From NCBI RefSeq assembly GCF_018350175.1, contig NC_058368.1:68698001-68762000 (forward strand): DNA of 64,000 bases. The letters run 5' to 3'. A model generated the notes under the pieces. That model saw nothing but the letters and a program-made list of their open reading frames with translations. It made no database searches and was not told the origin of the DNA. The position numbers were made by a program, and so were the translations under genes. The first letter of the stretch is position 1. The number at the start of each line of letters is the position of its first letter. This DNA is from Felis catus (lineage: Eukaryota). Positions 63,401 to 64,000 of this stretch are shown here, piece by piece.

Positions 63401-64000
63401 CTGGCAGAGTGATGGATAGGATGAAACCACCCGGTTTTTGAAAATTTGTGGGAACAGGTCTGATTCTGCTCTAACAGGAAAGGTGAAAAGCATCCAATAA
63501 ATTGGAAGGAGTAAGTTGAGGACCAAATGCTTCTCCAGGGAAAGTCCCAGAAGCCTTTGCCTTGAAATGTATCCTGCTCTATTCAAAGTAACTGTAGTGG
63601 GGTTACCGACATACGGCATCGATCCCCAGTTATTAGTGAGAGATAGGCTTTACCTCATTGCAGGCTTCTCTGTGACATGGCACCTGCTCGACTGTGGCTT
63701 CTTTCCAAAGTGTTACGTCGAAGCTTTTTGTTGTTCTTCTGTCTTTTTATCATTTTCCTTAGCTTTTCCCCTCATTTTGCTTCGGGTCAGCAAAAGGATA
63801 ATCACGGGCCTGGCACTCTTCCCCTAAATAACAACCTGCCAATATAGATGCCACTTGTAAAGCTTCCTTATCATCCCACTCCCCCATGCATTTTCAACTT
63901 GAACCTGGTAGGTAGTAGATGTTCACTAAATGTGCATGGAATGCAGTGGAATGATTGAAGTGTTTTATTAGTGAGACAGGCATTTGTATAGATGATTATT

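Overview
Mammalian genomic DNA from a cat-family (Felidae) genome, judged from about 20 tRNA-derived Can-SINEs (including young SINEC_Fc-type copies) and a feline-type L1 3' end. No credible protein-coding exon lies in the window; the listed ORFs are chance ORFs or repeat artefacts. The main functional landmark is a + strand promoter and non-coding first exon at about 47390-47611, ending in a strong AAG|GTAAGA donor. From memory it resembles the start of the human MBNL2 (muscleblind-like 2) mRNA, which needs BLAST confirmation. On that reading, 1-47 kb is upstream sequence (or intron of a longer isoform) and 47.6-64 kb is the start of a long intron. The rest is ordinary repeat content (L2, MIR, L1, MLT1 LTRs, hAT-Charlie/MER5 fossils, microsatellites). 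The most notable observations are a 22-copy 20-bp minisatellite inside an MLT1D LTR that forms an array of nuclear-receptor DR2-type motifs, overlapping stop-start uORFs in the first exon, a textbook 3' splice site about 900 bp upstream of the promoter, a triple-nested SINE, and two palindromes. I found no evidence of a new multi-gene system.
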